Shown here: piece by piece, positions 25,001-36,800 of the stretch
Layout: each line of letters begins with the position of its first letter
Numbering within the stretch: the first letter of the stretch is position 1
Source of the DNA: Saccostrea echinata
Lineage: Eukaryota
Direction of reading: 5' to 3'
NCBI RefSeq assembly: GCF_033153115.1
Contig: NW_026889763.1
Span: 12,090,001 to 12,154,000 of the forward strand
Length of the DNA: 64,000 bases
Translations under genes and position numbers: made by a program
Notes under the pieces: model-generated
Database searches by the model: none
Seen by the model: only the letters and a program-made list of their open reading frames with translations
Told to the model about the DNA's origin: nothing

Positions 25001-25219
25001 ATCATCTCTTAATGAGGCACTTTACAATCGTATACACTGTATTTTATAGTTAAGAGTTATATCCACACTGACCTCACTGGGTGGAGCATCTGAAATTTTT
25101 TCCAGCTCCAGTATCTTGCCGTCAATGTCTGAGAGATCCATGTGATGTATTATTCCATCATTTCCCAGTAATTCATCTCCAAGCAGAGGACGAACTCGAC
25201 AAAACACTTGGATATTTCC
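19048..25219 (-). CDS. Kinesin-14 motor-domain paralog (tandem partial duplicate of the KIFC1-like gene); 5' exons not identified
   Basis: Exons 25219-25073, 24892-24782, 24257-24084, 21444-21268, 20936-20798, 20692-20553, 20287-20135, 19092-19048 match parent exons 8-15 in phase. All are GT-AG with no stops or frameshifts; indels are -6, +9 and +3 nt. P-loop GQTGSGKT intact; SSRSQ, DLDGSE and IGKSC variants. Confidence 0.85.
19480..20087 (+). mobile_element. Degenerate Helentron-type element with ~166-bp-satellite-like repeats
   Basis: 3' end GAAAAGCTC..TGAGC.TTTGGCT..GGTGAGCTAAA and AACAAACTTGAATC repeats shared with 32231-33881. Confidence 0.7.
22930..23909. mobile_element. Kolobok-type non-autonomous element
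   Basis: TTAA on both sides; TIR CGTAGAACCTACGTCG / CGACATAGGTTCTACC. Confidence 0.75.
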
Positions 25220-28161
25220 CTATAAATTAATAATAATAATAAATATTTGTAATGATAATTATAGCATTCATAGAATTACAATCTTTTAAATATTTTGTAA
25301 AAAAAAATCTACACGATTGCAAAGAAATATTTCACATCCACTGAGTTATGTTTAGCATTGATCAATTTTACTAAATCCTTCTTGTTTTCTACAATTTTGT
25401 ATCAATTTAACTTCAGTGCTCTTAGCACAATTTAGCTGTATACAAGTCCCGCACAATCTCTTTTTTAGATGTATAGCTTGACTCAGCTATATAGCTTGAT
25501 ATAGGTCTTCAAAATACAGTTGAATTTCGGTATCTCGAACACTGATATCTCGATTATCATGGATATGTCGAAGTGATTTGGAAGTCCCAAATACTTATTC
25601 TTTAAGTATTTTACCCTCATATCTCGAATCCTCAGATATCACAAAGTTTTTTCTTGGTTCAATCAAGTTTGAGATAAGGATTTGACTTAGATTTATTTAC
25701 CTATCTTATCATACTTTTTTCTTAAATTTGAATTTTTTTTCAGTTACTATGTATAAGTTGCACTTTGGTGCAGTGAAAGTTTTCACCTTAGTACTTTCTA
25801 AATACAATGCATGAAAAAATTGCTCATCAAAATGTCTCCTTTATAGATTTTGCACTCAAAATTCTAAATGTTTTGGGGCTATATAAAAGAACTGATTTGT
25901 GTTCCAATCAATTGGACTAAGCAATTGATTTGTAAATAAAAGGAGGTCAATTCTGATCAAAAATACAGGGTTGTTCCTAAGAATTGAAATAGAAGGGAAC
26001 ATTAAAAAAGTAGAAGGGGGTTTAGGGTTCCACTCTCACAGGGAGTTGAGGAATACACTGTACCAGAATAACCGGGGAATTACATCATTATAGGCAGGGA
26101 GATTTCCCGGCCCCCAGGTCTTCGGGACAACCCTGATAATTGATTAGTAATAATTCAGCACAATTTTTAGCAATCATACTTATTCATGCCCAAACACACT
26201 CACAAGATGTATACAGTTATCCAAACAATGGAAATACATCTTTTGCTTAAAAGTGTTCAAATGCTGCAATGTTTAAATTATCTTTGATTTGGACATGTAT
26301 GAGTAGTTGTATACTTGGGATTTTTTAGTATATTTCTTGTAAAAACATATTTGTAAAAGACTGCAATTAAATATTTTAAATATCTATATTTAATAAAGCT
26401 ATACAACTAATTTAAGTATATAGCTAAATCAAGAGATTGTGCCAACCAATATTACAGCAAAACCTGACACCAGAATTATGATTCTGAGGTTCTGACTGGA
26501 AAGCAAAAAACCCAGAACATATGTTATGTGAATATTTGGACCATGATAATTGTTCAGGGCTGCGTTCAAGATGGTAGCAGCTAACAAAGCAGCTAGGTGG
26601 TAGATATCTAGCTCTATTGAATAGACATGCAGCTCGCCTAGCCACCAGATGTTAGATTTAAGATACAAATATCATAGTTGTAACTAATTTGGAACAAATT
26701 GAGCTGAATATGTATTTGAATATGTATATGTAAATAAACATTTAATTCACTTAGATGGAGAAAACAATCACAATTAATTTTTGTTCATATCAAATAAATC
26801 TCATGTGATCCGAGAGGGTAGCTTAAGAATTTAAGCCATTTTGATTTGGTACCTAGCATAAAAATAATTTTTTATACGTAGTGGCTAGGATAGCATATCT
26901 TTCAAGATCGTAGTTTTACGTAGAGGCTATGTAACAGCTATGCTCTTGAAGGCAACCCTGCCTGGTACATGTGTTTCCACCCTGAATTTGCCACAAAAGT
27001 TATCATTGGACTTGTAGGTCCTGTAAAGATGCAGAATTGTGTTTTCTGGTTAGTAGCATGTCTTTTTTTCTCATAGAGTAAAAAGTTAGGATTCTCTACA
27101 AGGTAGGCCCTTGATTGGAAATAAACTCTTTTATTTTGAATAAAACGGGTTACACTCATGTTTTTAACCTCTGACTCTGCCATGCTTTGTAGGGTTAACT
27201 CATCCAAAGTCCAATAAACATGTGCCAAAATCCCCAACTTGAAGTCCAGCCCATAGAAACATAAATATTAATCAAAACTGTAAACACTAAAACAGTTGTA
27301 ATCGGTAATAGAAGGATGAACGGAACTATCAAAACCCAATACGGTTTAACGTATTTTATTCCGATTTCCGAGATATTATAAAATATTCATATATGTAATT
27401 TTAATTTAATACAAAGTTTCAAACGATTAAAATCAATGGAACTGGTTTAGGCAGCATATTGGAAAGTGTATGTATGACATAAACGTTCATATACAGAGAT
27501 TCAAACAATCTGGATACAAATAAAATTCTAGACCTTCAGACTCAGTGTCCTGATTTCATGCACGGCCTCAGGTACTTGTGGACAGGACCTTCCATCTTCC
27601 CGATATTCCGGGGCTTGTTCACGTTGTTGGACGTTCCTTCACAAATCATATTTATTTCACATATTCATCATGTAGAATAGAATAGAATAGGATTTATTAC
27701 CAAATCAGGACCCAATGGGCATAAACATATAACATGTATAATTACAGATAAGATAACAGACAGAATACAACATATAATGAAGAGCAATTCTTCCCATTTA
27801 GTACATTGGTGGTGTTTTGAGTTTCATATGTAGACATAGGTTGTCTTGATTTAAGATATACCACAGGGAAAGCCCCCCCCCCCCCCCTAAAAAGATATAT
27901 ATTCAATTCTTTATTGACCAATTAAGGGCCCTCATGGGGCAAAAAGAAAGTACATTGTTAAAATGTATATAATGATTATGATCATACACACGAAATACAA
28001 TATACATACACATAAGAGGGAAAGAATTGCTTGATTGATAGAAAAGACATACAAGTAGGGGAATACCCAAAATATTTTATATGAACATAAGACTTGTTTT
28101 ATAGGTATATATATAGTACATATATATATATGCATTCATTACTAAACCATATACTTGAAAG

Positions 28162-28454
28162 NNNNNNNNNNNNNNNNNNNNNNNNNNNNNNNNNNNNNNN
28201 NNNNNNNNNNNNNNNNNNNNNNNNNNNNNNNNNNNNNNNNNNNNNNNNNNNNNNNNNNNNNNNNNNNNNNNNNNNNNNNNNNNNNNNNNNNNNNNNNNNN
28301 NNNNNNNNNNNNNNNNNNNNNNNNNNNNNNNNNNNNNNNNNNNNNNNNNNNNNNNNNNNNNNNNNNNNNNNNNNNNNNNNNNNNNNNNNNNNNNNNNNNN
28401 NNNNNNNNNNNNNNNNNNNNNNNNNNNNNNNNNNNNNNNNNNNNNNNNNNNNNN
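28162..28454. other. Assembly gap (N run)
   Basis: Run of N characters. Confidence 1.
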
Positions 28455-29954
28455 ACCAGCTAGACTTTCTTCGGATGCTGGATCTGACCTACATTTGCCA
28501 TATGAGTGACCAGGTTAAAGTTTCTGGAGTAGCTCTGTCCCCAAGTAACTTGCTTCAGATGCTGGATCTGACCTACCGAAACCAAATTTAAACTTGCATG
28601 GATATTGATTTCGAGATGCACATTGAAAAGTAAAGAAGTAAGGGAAAAAAAATGGTGTGATCGATATTTGCCTTACTTACGTAGATAACAATCGTCGGAG
28701 TGAGCATCGTAATCTATGCATGATTACCTATGTATTTACAACGTCAAGGATGTGTTTATTTGCTTTTCAAACTATTTTCAAAAAAGAAAAAAAATCTATC
28801 CCTGATCATATTGGGAAGAAATAAACTTCCTTAAACTGACATGAAAATAAATAATCTGACACGAGAAGCCCCCCCCCCCCCTCCCGAATCTGACTGTATT
28901 TCCGTTCTTATTTATTTTTACTACAAGCGCCTCTAAACCAAAAGATCACCACTATCATTATATACATCAATGTAAACATTTGAATATCTACCCAATATGT
29001 CTTAACACTCAATATACAGATTACAGAATAGAAGTCACTACCCATATTAGATATTCTTTGGCATAAAATAAAAGTCAAGAGTTTAGCTTGTTTAGAATCT
29101 AGATTATGATATCATCATTTGGACAAGTACTGAACACATTTAAATGCCTAGGTAAATTCAAACAATTGAGATATTTCCTAAACACGTACTTGCATAGTCG
29201 CAAAACGGGCATGGGCGCTTTGGCCCGTCTAATACACCCAGATTCTCTTATGAACATTTATAGATCTTTATAAATTCAAAAAATTACTGGAATATGATAA
29301 CTTTTAAAAATCGACCTGGAAGTATAGGCAGTGACACAATACTATCGTTCGAGTCATTCATTCATGAATATTCCTGTAAACAAGAAAATGCAATTTCTTT
29401 GTACAATCTTTTGCCGAGGCAATTCCGACAAATCCTGAACATTGTAGAAAACTTTTGCGAATTTGTTGACCTCTTCCACCAAGAATAAATAAAAATCTTA
29501 ATCATCATGCATGTTCCAATAAATTAACTTCAATATATTTTCAATATATATTGTATGATGTTTTATTTGCCCACGTACATGTATATCAAAAAAGCCGGGA
29601 TATTTATTTACATAATTTTATTTTACCAGGCATAATAATTTTTTGGGGGTGGGATGCTGGGATCTTTAAATTTTTTTTGGGAAGGGGTGGGTAGATCCAA
29701 CCCTTTTCCAAAAGAAATGTTTTTTGATACATGAACATGGGAGAATCCTGATACTACCTGCCTGCCTGAAATTTTTTTTTATAGCAAAATACATGTACTA
29801 TATTCCGAAAAAAGTCCCCCTTTTCCCATTCTTGTCTTTTCTAAAATTTTTTTTTTTTTGAACAATTTACCTATTTAAATAAAACTTCAATTACTAAACA
29901 TAAAACCTATTTTACTCATATTTAGTATAAGCATTGATTTCCTTTTATCATTAA

Positions 29955-30667
29955 AGGACTTATCGCATGATTTTTCAAAAATCTTAATTTTATGAAAAAT
30001 ATTATCTACAACCTTGTTTATTAAAATTCTGAATACAATAAACGTTGTTGAAAGCATATTTTAAGAGATATTGAGAGTTGAAATTCAAATACGGCAATAT
30101 GCATATTTCAGTCGGATTTCGGCGAAATACTGCTCTGACGTCATAGGCGACAATTCAGTGATAGAGAGATGAGAAGTTGCACACTATTTTCGAAGTTATC
30201 AACGACAAATGCAGCTTAATTATGAAAAATGCTGAAAAAAATTACTATAGAAACATTTTAAAACTAGTTCTAAGGTATAAGAATTTTGAGATATTTTCGT
30301 TTTTTATTCCAAACATTTAGAATCTGTAGGTCTGATTACGGCAATGTTTCGTGATCGGAAAATTATTTTTCAAGACCGCCATCCTTTACAAAACATATGA
30401 AAGCATACTCGCATAAATTAATATTATGTTAAAAACGAAGAATAACAAAGTTATGTAATATTAAATTTGTGAATCAAATAAGTTAATACATGTGATAAAA
30501 TGACAAATCAAATTGTATTGTGATGGCGAGTTTCTTCGTCTTCGCCGCGTCTCCCTCCCTATCGTCGCTGCTATTTTTACAATGTTAACGGATTTTTCAG
30601 ATTATTTCTTGCTGACAATTCTAAAATATAAGGTTGGATATTAAATTTCATATCAGTGATTTGGTTA
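29955..30667 (+). mobile_element. 3'-truncated copy of the Kolobok-type element at 41677-42663
   Basis: Starts TTAA|AGGACTTATCGCATG and aligns by eye along ~700 bp with 41677-42400; right TIR absent. Confidence 0.85.
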
Positions 30668-30974
30668 AAGTTTTTCAAAAAAAAATTGTTATACAAGAGA
30701 AACAGCCTTGAATTGACCAGTAAGTAAATATTTTTGACATTTCACACATTCAATCTCAACTACAAAATAATTTCACAAACCAAAATTATGTAATATTTTA
30801 TTTTGTAATGGAATCAGGTGACATTGAAATATTTGAGGGATAGAAAGGAAGAAAGAGTATACAGCAGAAAATTAGAAATGATATAATTTTACAATTGGTT
30901 TTTGATCCAAGATTCCTATATACAAAGCAGGACAAATATGCACATCACTAATAACACACAGACATGCAAGACCT

Positions 30975-31394
30975 TAGGAGTGAAACGGTTCACCGCGGTA
31001 TCGATGCACCGCGGTATTTTTTCTCGGTTTGATACACGGTGCAAAATCTCTAATTTTCGGTTCGGTTCATTTTTCGGTCGGGATCGTTATTCAATCGGGT
31101 TTGGCATAAGGTATAACACGTTACTCAGAATAAATAAGTATAGAAAACGTAAATTTTTGATGACTGATAGCTTGTAAAATAATTTTTGACAGTCAAATAA
31201 TTTTAATCAATTTCTTCTAGTCAATTTGCAAATAAAATTCGTAAAATATGTGACTAGATTTAGAAAAAGAAAGCATAAAACAACGTAGAATTTGTTTCCT
31301 TCTATCAATATGTATCGTATCGAAAATAACCGAACCGAGACAAAATTATACAATACGTATCGAACCGTGAAGGAGGTGTATCGTTTCACCCCTA
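30975..31394. mobile_element. hAT-like MITE
   Basis: TIR TAGGAGTGAAACG / CGTTTCACCCCTA; perfect 8-bp TSD CAAGACCT; CGGTT/AACCG-rich subtermini. Confidence 0.9.
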
Positions 31395-31924
31395 CAAGAC
31401 CTTAATGCAGCTTATTTTTGTGGTTTTAAAACATACATGTATTTGGGCTGAAAATTCAGTTTATATATTAGGGAATCTGAATATCAATACTTGTAGTTCA
31501 TTATAATTATGGGTGTAAAGAGTCACCAAATTGGGCACACATGCTCTGTACCCACAAATTAACTGCTTTGTATCATGCAAATAAAAAAATGAGCATCAAC
31601 AAATTTAGACAGCATTAAAAACCAACACCTAGGTAGGCAAAAACTGATAAAAATATTCCTTCTGACATTTTAAAAACTCTGGTTTAAAGGACTAGTACAT
31701 GTACTTACATGTTAACGTGCAATGAATTTTACCTAAAAACGATTTCATCATAGCCGTAAAGTAGCTACAATAATTCATGAACAGAACATTTGAAGTGTCT
31801 TTGCAGCAACATTATGGACTATTTGAAATGAAATGAAAATCTCTTGACAATACACATGTTCTACAAAGGTTTTCTACAATGTTTCTACAATGTGAATAAT
31901 ATTTCTTTATTCTACAATCAGTTA

Positions 31925-33675
31925 TTATTTTGATTTCTTTTGGGCTGTACCAATACTACACTGGTTAACCTGAAAAAAAAAAGTAAACAGATACAAAAAT
32001 GTATATCATGATCCTGAAAATAACTAGTACATAAATATTAAACACACATTAAAATACATTATTAAAATATTCTTTTACTATATTTTGGTCATTCAGTTGA
32101 AAAATTTATCAAAAAGGAAAAAAAAAAAGAAAAACAAGATGTGTTTGTGAAACACTGATGCCCCCATATGGTAGCTTATGGCAAAGGTTAAAGTTTCTCA
32201 AATGCAAGTCAAAATCCAGGCCAAAAGATAAACAAGAGGCCCAGGGGCCACATCGCTCACCTGAGCACTATGGCTAGGAAAATGCAGAAATCAGTTCAGT
32301 CTTGAAAGGTTGAAAAGTTTAAATAAAAAATTGGTTCGGGGGGGGGGGGGGGGGGGGGTCATGAATTGAACAAATTTGAATCTACATTATCTGAGGATGC
32401 TTCCATTTTAATATGACCAATCATGGCTTTGCTGTTCTTGAGTAGAAGAGTTTTAAAGATTTAACCTATGTGTTCCTATGTAAAACTTTGATCGCCCATT
32501 GTGGCCCCACCTGACCCCTGGGGGTCATGATTTGAACAAACTTGAATCTACATTATCTGTGGATGCTACCATATAAATATGACCATTCATGGCTTTGCTG
32601 TTCTTGAGAAGAAGATTTTTAAAGATTTTTCCTATATATTCCTATGTAAAACTTTGATCGCCCATTGTGGCCCCACCCGACCCCCGGGGGTCATGATTTG
32701 AACAAACTTGAATCTACACTATCTGAGGATGCTTCCATGTAAATATGACCAATCATGGCTTTGCTGTTCTTGAGAAGAAGATTTTTAAAGATTATTCCTA
32801 TATATTCCTATGTAAAACTTTGATCGCCCATTGTGGCCCCATCCGACCCCGGGGGGTCATGATTTGAACAAACTTGAATCTACACTACCTGAGGATGCTT
32901 CCATGTAAATATGACCAATCATGGCTTTGCTGTTCTTGAGAAGAAGATTTTTAAAGATTTTTCCTATATATTCCTATGTAAAACTTTGATCGCCCATTGT
33001 GGCCCCACCCGACCCCCGGGGGTCATGATTTGAACAAACTTGAATCTACACTATCTGAGGATGCTACCATATAAATATGACCAATCATGGCTTTGCTGTT
33101 CTTGAGAAGAAGATTTTTAAAGATTATTCCTATATATTCCTAGTATGTAAAACTTTGATCGCCCATTGTGGCCCCACCCGACCCCTGGGGGTCATGTTTT
33201 GAACAAACTTGAATCTACACTATCTGAGGATGCTTCCATCTAAATATGACCAATCATGGCTTTGCTGTTCTTGAGAAGAAGATTTTTAAAGATTTTTCCT
33301 ATATATTCCTATGTAAAACTTTGATCGCCCATTGTGGACCCACCCGTCCCCAGGGGGTCATGATTTGAACAAACTTGAATCTACACTATCTGAGGATGCT
33401 ACCATATAAATATGACCAATCATGGCTTTGCTGTTCTTGAGAAGAAGATTTTTAAAGATTATTCCTATATATTCCTATGTAAAACTTTGATCGCCCATTG
33501 TGGCCCCACCCAACCCCCGGGGGTCATGATTTGAACAAACTTGAATCTACACTACCTGAGGATGCTTCCACATAAATTTCATATTTTCAAGCACAGTGGT
33601 TCTTGAGAAGAAGATTTTTTAATGATGCCATTAATTTTTCCCGATTTCTTAATTATCTCCCCTTGGAAGAAGGCA

Positions 33676-33719
<44 letters not shown>

Positions 33720-33722
33720 ACT

Positions 33723-33762
<40 letters not shown>

Positions 33763-33823
33763 GAAGAAGATGAAATGTGAAAAGTTTACAACAACAACAA
33801 CAACAACGACGACAATGACGACA

Positions 33824-33865
<42 letters not shown>

Positions 33866-36800
33866 TGGCTCAGGTGAGCTAAAAATGTTGGTACCCAAAG
33901 AAAGGTCTTGCCTCGAGGAATATACCTGTGAAATTTGAAAGCCCTAGCTGCAACTGTTCAAAAGTTATGGCGAAGGTTAAAGTTTTTTAAAAGTAAGTAA
34001 AATGTCAAGGTCAAGGCTGTTGGAATCCAAAGGAAGGCCTTGCCACAAGGATTACATATGTGAAGTATGAATGCCCTAGCACCAACCATTCAGAAGTTAT
34101 GCCAAGGTTAAAGTTTTTTGAAAGTAGGTCAAACTCCTACGTCAAGGTCAAAGTTGTTGGTATCCAAAGGAAGGTCTTGTCACAAGGATTACATATGTGA
34201 AGTATGAAAGCCCTAGCACCAACCATTCAAATGTTATGGCCAAGGTAAAAGTTTTTCAAATCTAGGTCAAACTCCTAGGTCAAGGTCAAAGAGGTTGATA
34301 TCCAGAGGAAGGTGATGTCACAAGGATTACATATGTGAAGTATGAAAGCCCTAGCATCAACCATTCAAAAGTTATGGCCAAGGTTAAAGGTATTCAAAAG
34401 TAGGTCAAACTCTTAGGTCAAGGTCAAAAGGTCAAAGTGGTTGATATCCAGAGGAAGGTCTTGTCACAAGGATTACATGTGTGAAGAATGAAAGCCCTTG
34501 CTCCAACCGTTCAAACGTTATGGCCAAGGTTAAAGTTTTTCAAATTAGTTCAAACTCCTAGGTCAAGGTCAAAGAGGTTGAAATCCAGAGGAAGGTCTTG
34601 TCACAAGGATTATATATGTGAAGTATGGAAGCCCTAGCTCCAACCGTTCAAAAGTTATGGCCAAGGTTAAAGTTTTTCAGAAGTAGGTCAAACTCCTAGG
34701 TCAAGGTCAAAGGGTCAAAGAGGTTGATATCCAGAGGAAGGTCTTGCCACAAGGAATACACATGTGAAGATTGAAACCCCAAGCACCAACTGTTCAAAAG
34801 TTATGGCCAAGGTTAAAGTTTTTTCTAAGGAGGTCAATTCCAAGGTCAAGGTCAAAAGGTCAAAGTTGTTGGTATCCAAAGGAAGGCCTTGTCACAAAGT
34901 ATACACATGTGAAGTTTGAAACCCCAAGCACCAATTGTTCAGAAGTTATGGCCAAGGTTAAAGTCTCAAAAATTTTTGCAAAACTGGGTCAAACTCCAAG
35001 GTCAAGGTCAAAAGGTCAAATATGATGGTACCGAAAGAAAGGTCTTGTCACGAGGAATACACACATGAAATATGAAAGCCATAGCTCCAACCAATCAAAA
35101 GTTATGGGCAAGGTTAAAGTTGACAACAGACAGACAAACAGAAAGACAGGACAAAAACAATATACCCCCGGAATCTTTCGATCCGGGGCATAAAAAAGCA
35201 TTGTCTTTAAAACAAAGGAAAGAAAATTTGTAATTTACCAAAGAAAGAAGCTTCTAATTTACAACAGTAGACACTGACCTTTGTGGCAAACCTAAGGGAG
35301 TTGAGGGTCTCCTGGAAACACTCTTCCTTGGGGGACACATTGACAAACATCAGAGTCTTACTGTTCCCTCCCAGAGAGTTCTGGAGGAGGTATGTCAGCT
35401 TAGACTCTCTATACGGGATGTATCCGTCCTATAAAAGATTGTAAAGACCAATAATCAGAAAACATTGATTAACGAGGAAAAAAAAGCTACTGATTCCAAT
35501 GAAAGATTATTTTTACATAATCAATCACCAGATTCACTAATCTTATAGAATGCATTCTGGAATAAGGACATTTTCTTATCCACTTAAAATGTGCTGTAAG
35601 AATAAAAATGGCATCTAACATAAAGTTAAGGTGATTAATAATGAAAAAGTTCTCATAAAGTGCCACGGCAGCAAGACATGAAAATTACCCGCTAATGCAG
35701 AACTGAAGAAGCATTTAAAACCTTGCAAGATTATGCTTTATAAAATAAAGGTCTAACTTTTGATTATAATCAGCAAAATCACATCAGAAGTATGTGGCAA
35801 CTGATTTCAACCACTGATTGATTTTAAAAAAATAAACCCATGTCCCTTCACTAAGGACCATTTCAGATACATGCAATATGTGTAAAATACAAGTAGCAGA
35901 GTTTAATATCCATTGCATCCAAGTCCGGTAAAAGGACATTGTTCCAGTTTTTCTCCCGAATTTAGGTAAAAATTTCCAAATTGCAAGCATATTGAATTTT
36001 TTGGTGCTTTTCATATAAAACAAAACTTTAATTTTGAGATAATAATGATTCATAAAGATGTAAAAGGGGAATAAGCCTACACTCTTGCTCTTTAATCTCC
36101 AGTTAAACATACATGTTGTACAAGTCATCAACATTTCCAAATTTTGCTACTTTATTGATTTAAAATTCCCTACTGATAGGGTACAGGACCCTGTACAAAA
36201 AAGGGCCAATTAAGGACCGTCTATACACTAAAGAGAAAGATTTTTTGGACATTGAGAAAATTATAGTGTGTAAAGGTCTAAATATTGAGCTTATCTATTA
36301 CATTTTCAACACAGGGTACCTTGCATTTACCCATAGGAAAAATGTTCAGACAATGAACAACTGATAAAGAGAAATCTCTGTTGTTAACTTAAGTGGGCAA
36401 AATACATACAAGTGAAGTGTTCTATATATTCATCTTGGCCTATTAAAATGTTATGCTTGGTTTGATCACAAATTAAGTAATAAACTGAACATTTCAATTT
36501 ATTTTATTGTAAATCAAAGGGCAGATTACTCTTTCTGCATAAAAATACCAAGAACTCTTCAGTGTGCAGTGTATAGAGGGCTCTTAAGCCCTGAGTATAA
36601 TCATTAAAACAAGAAGTTAATTTGTAAATTAAAATGAAAGTCTAGATGATAATAGCAATAGCTGAATATTTGTACATGTATTGTTCTTTGTTTTTCCAGA
36701 TATAAAAGTAAAACAATTAATTAAAAGGCAAAATCCCATATACATGTACAACAATTTTGTTCTTGAAGAAATATAAAATCTCTGTAAAACAAAATTCCTC

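Noticed and set aside
19048-25219. Kinesin duplicate as an uncollapsed haplotype or assembly artefact near the gap
   Set aside because: About 20% amino-acid divergence in several exons and completely different intron TE content are too great for alleles
28094-28591. ORFs of 165 and 102 aa
   Set aside because: Artefacts of translating through the N gap
29955-30667. Kolobok-type copy as the recombination junction that created the kinesin duplication
   Set aside because: Its left flank does not match the flank of the intron-6 copy at 41677, and the two TE copies look more similar to each other than the paralogous introns do; independent insertion is simpler
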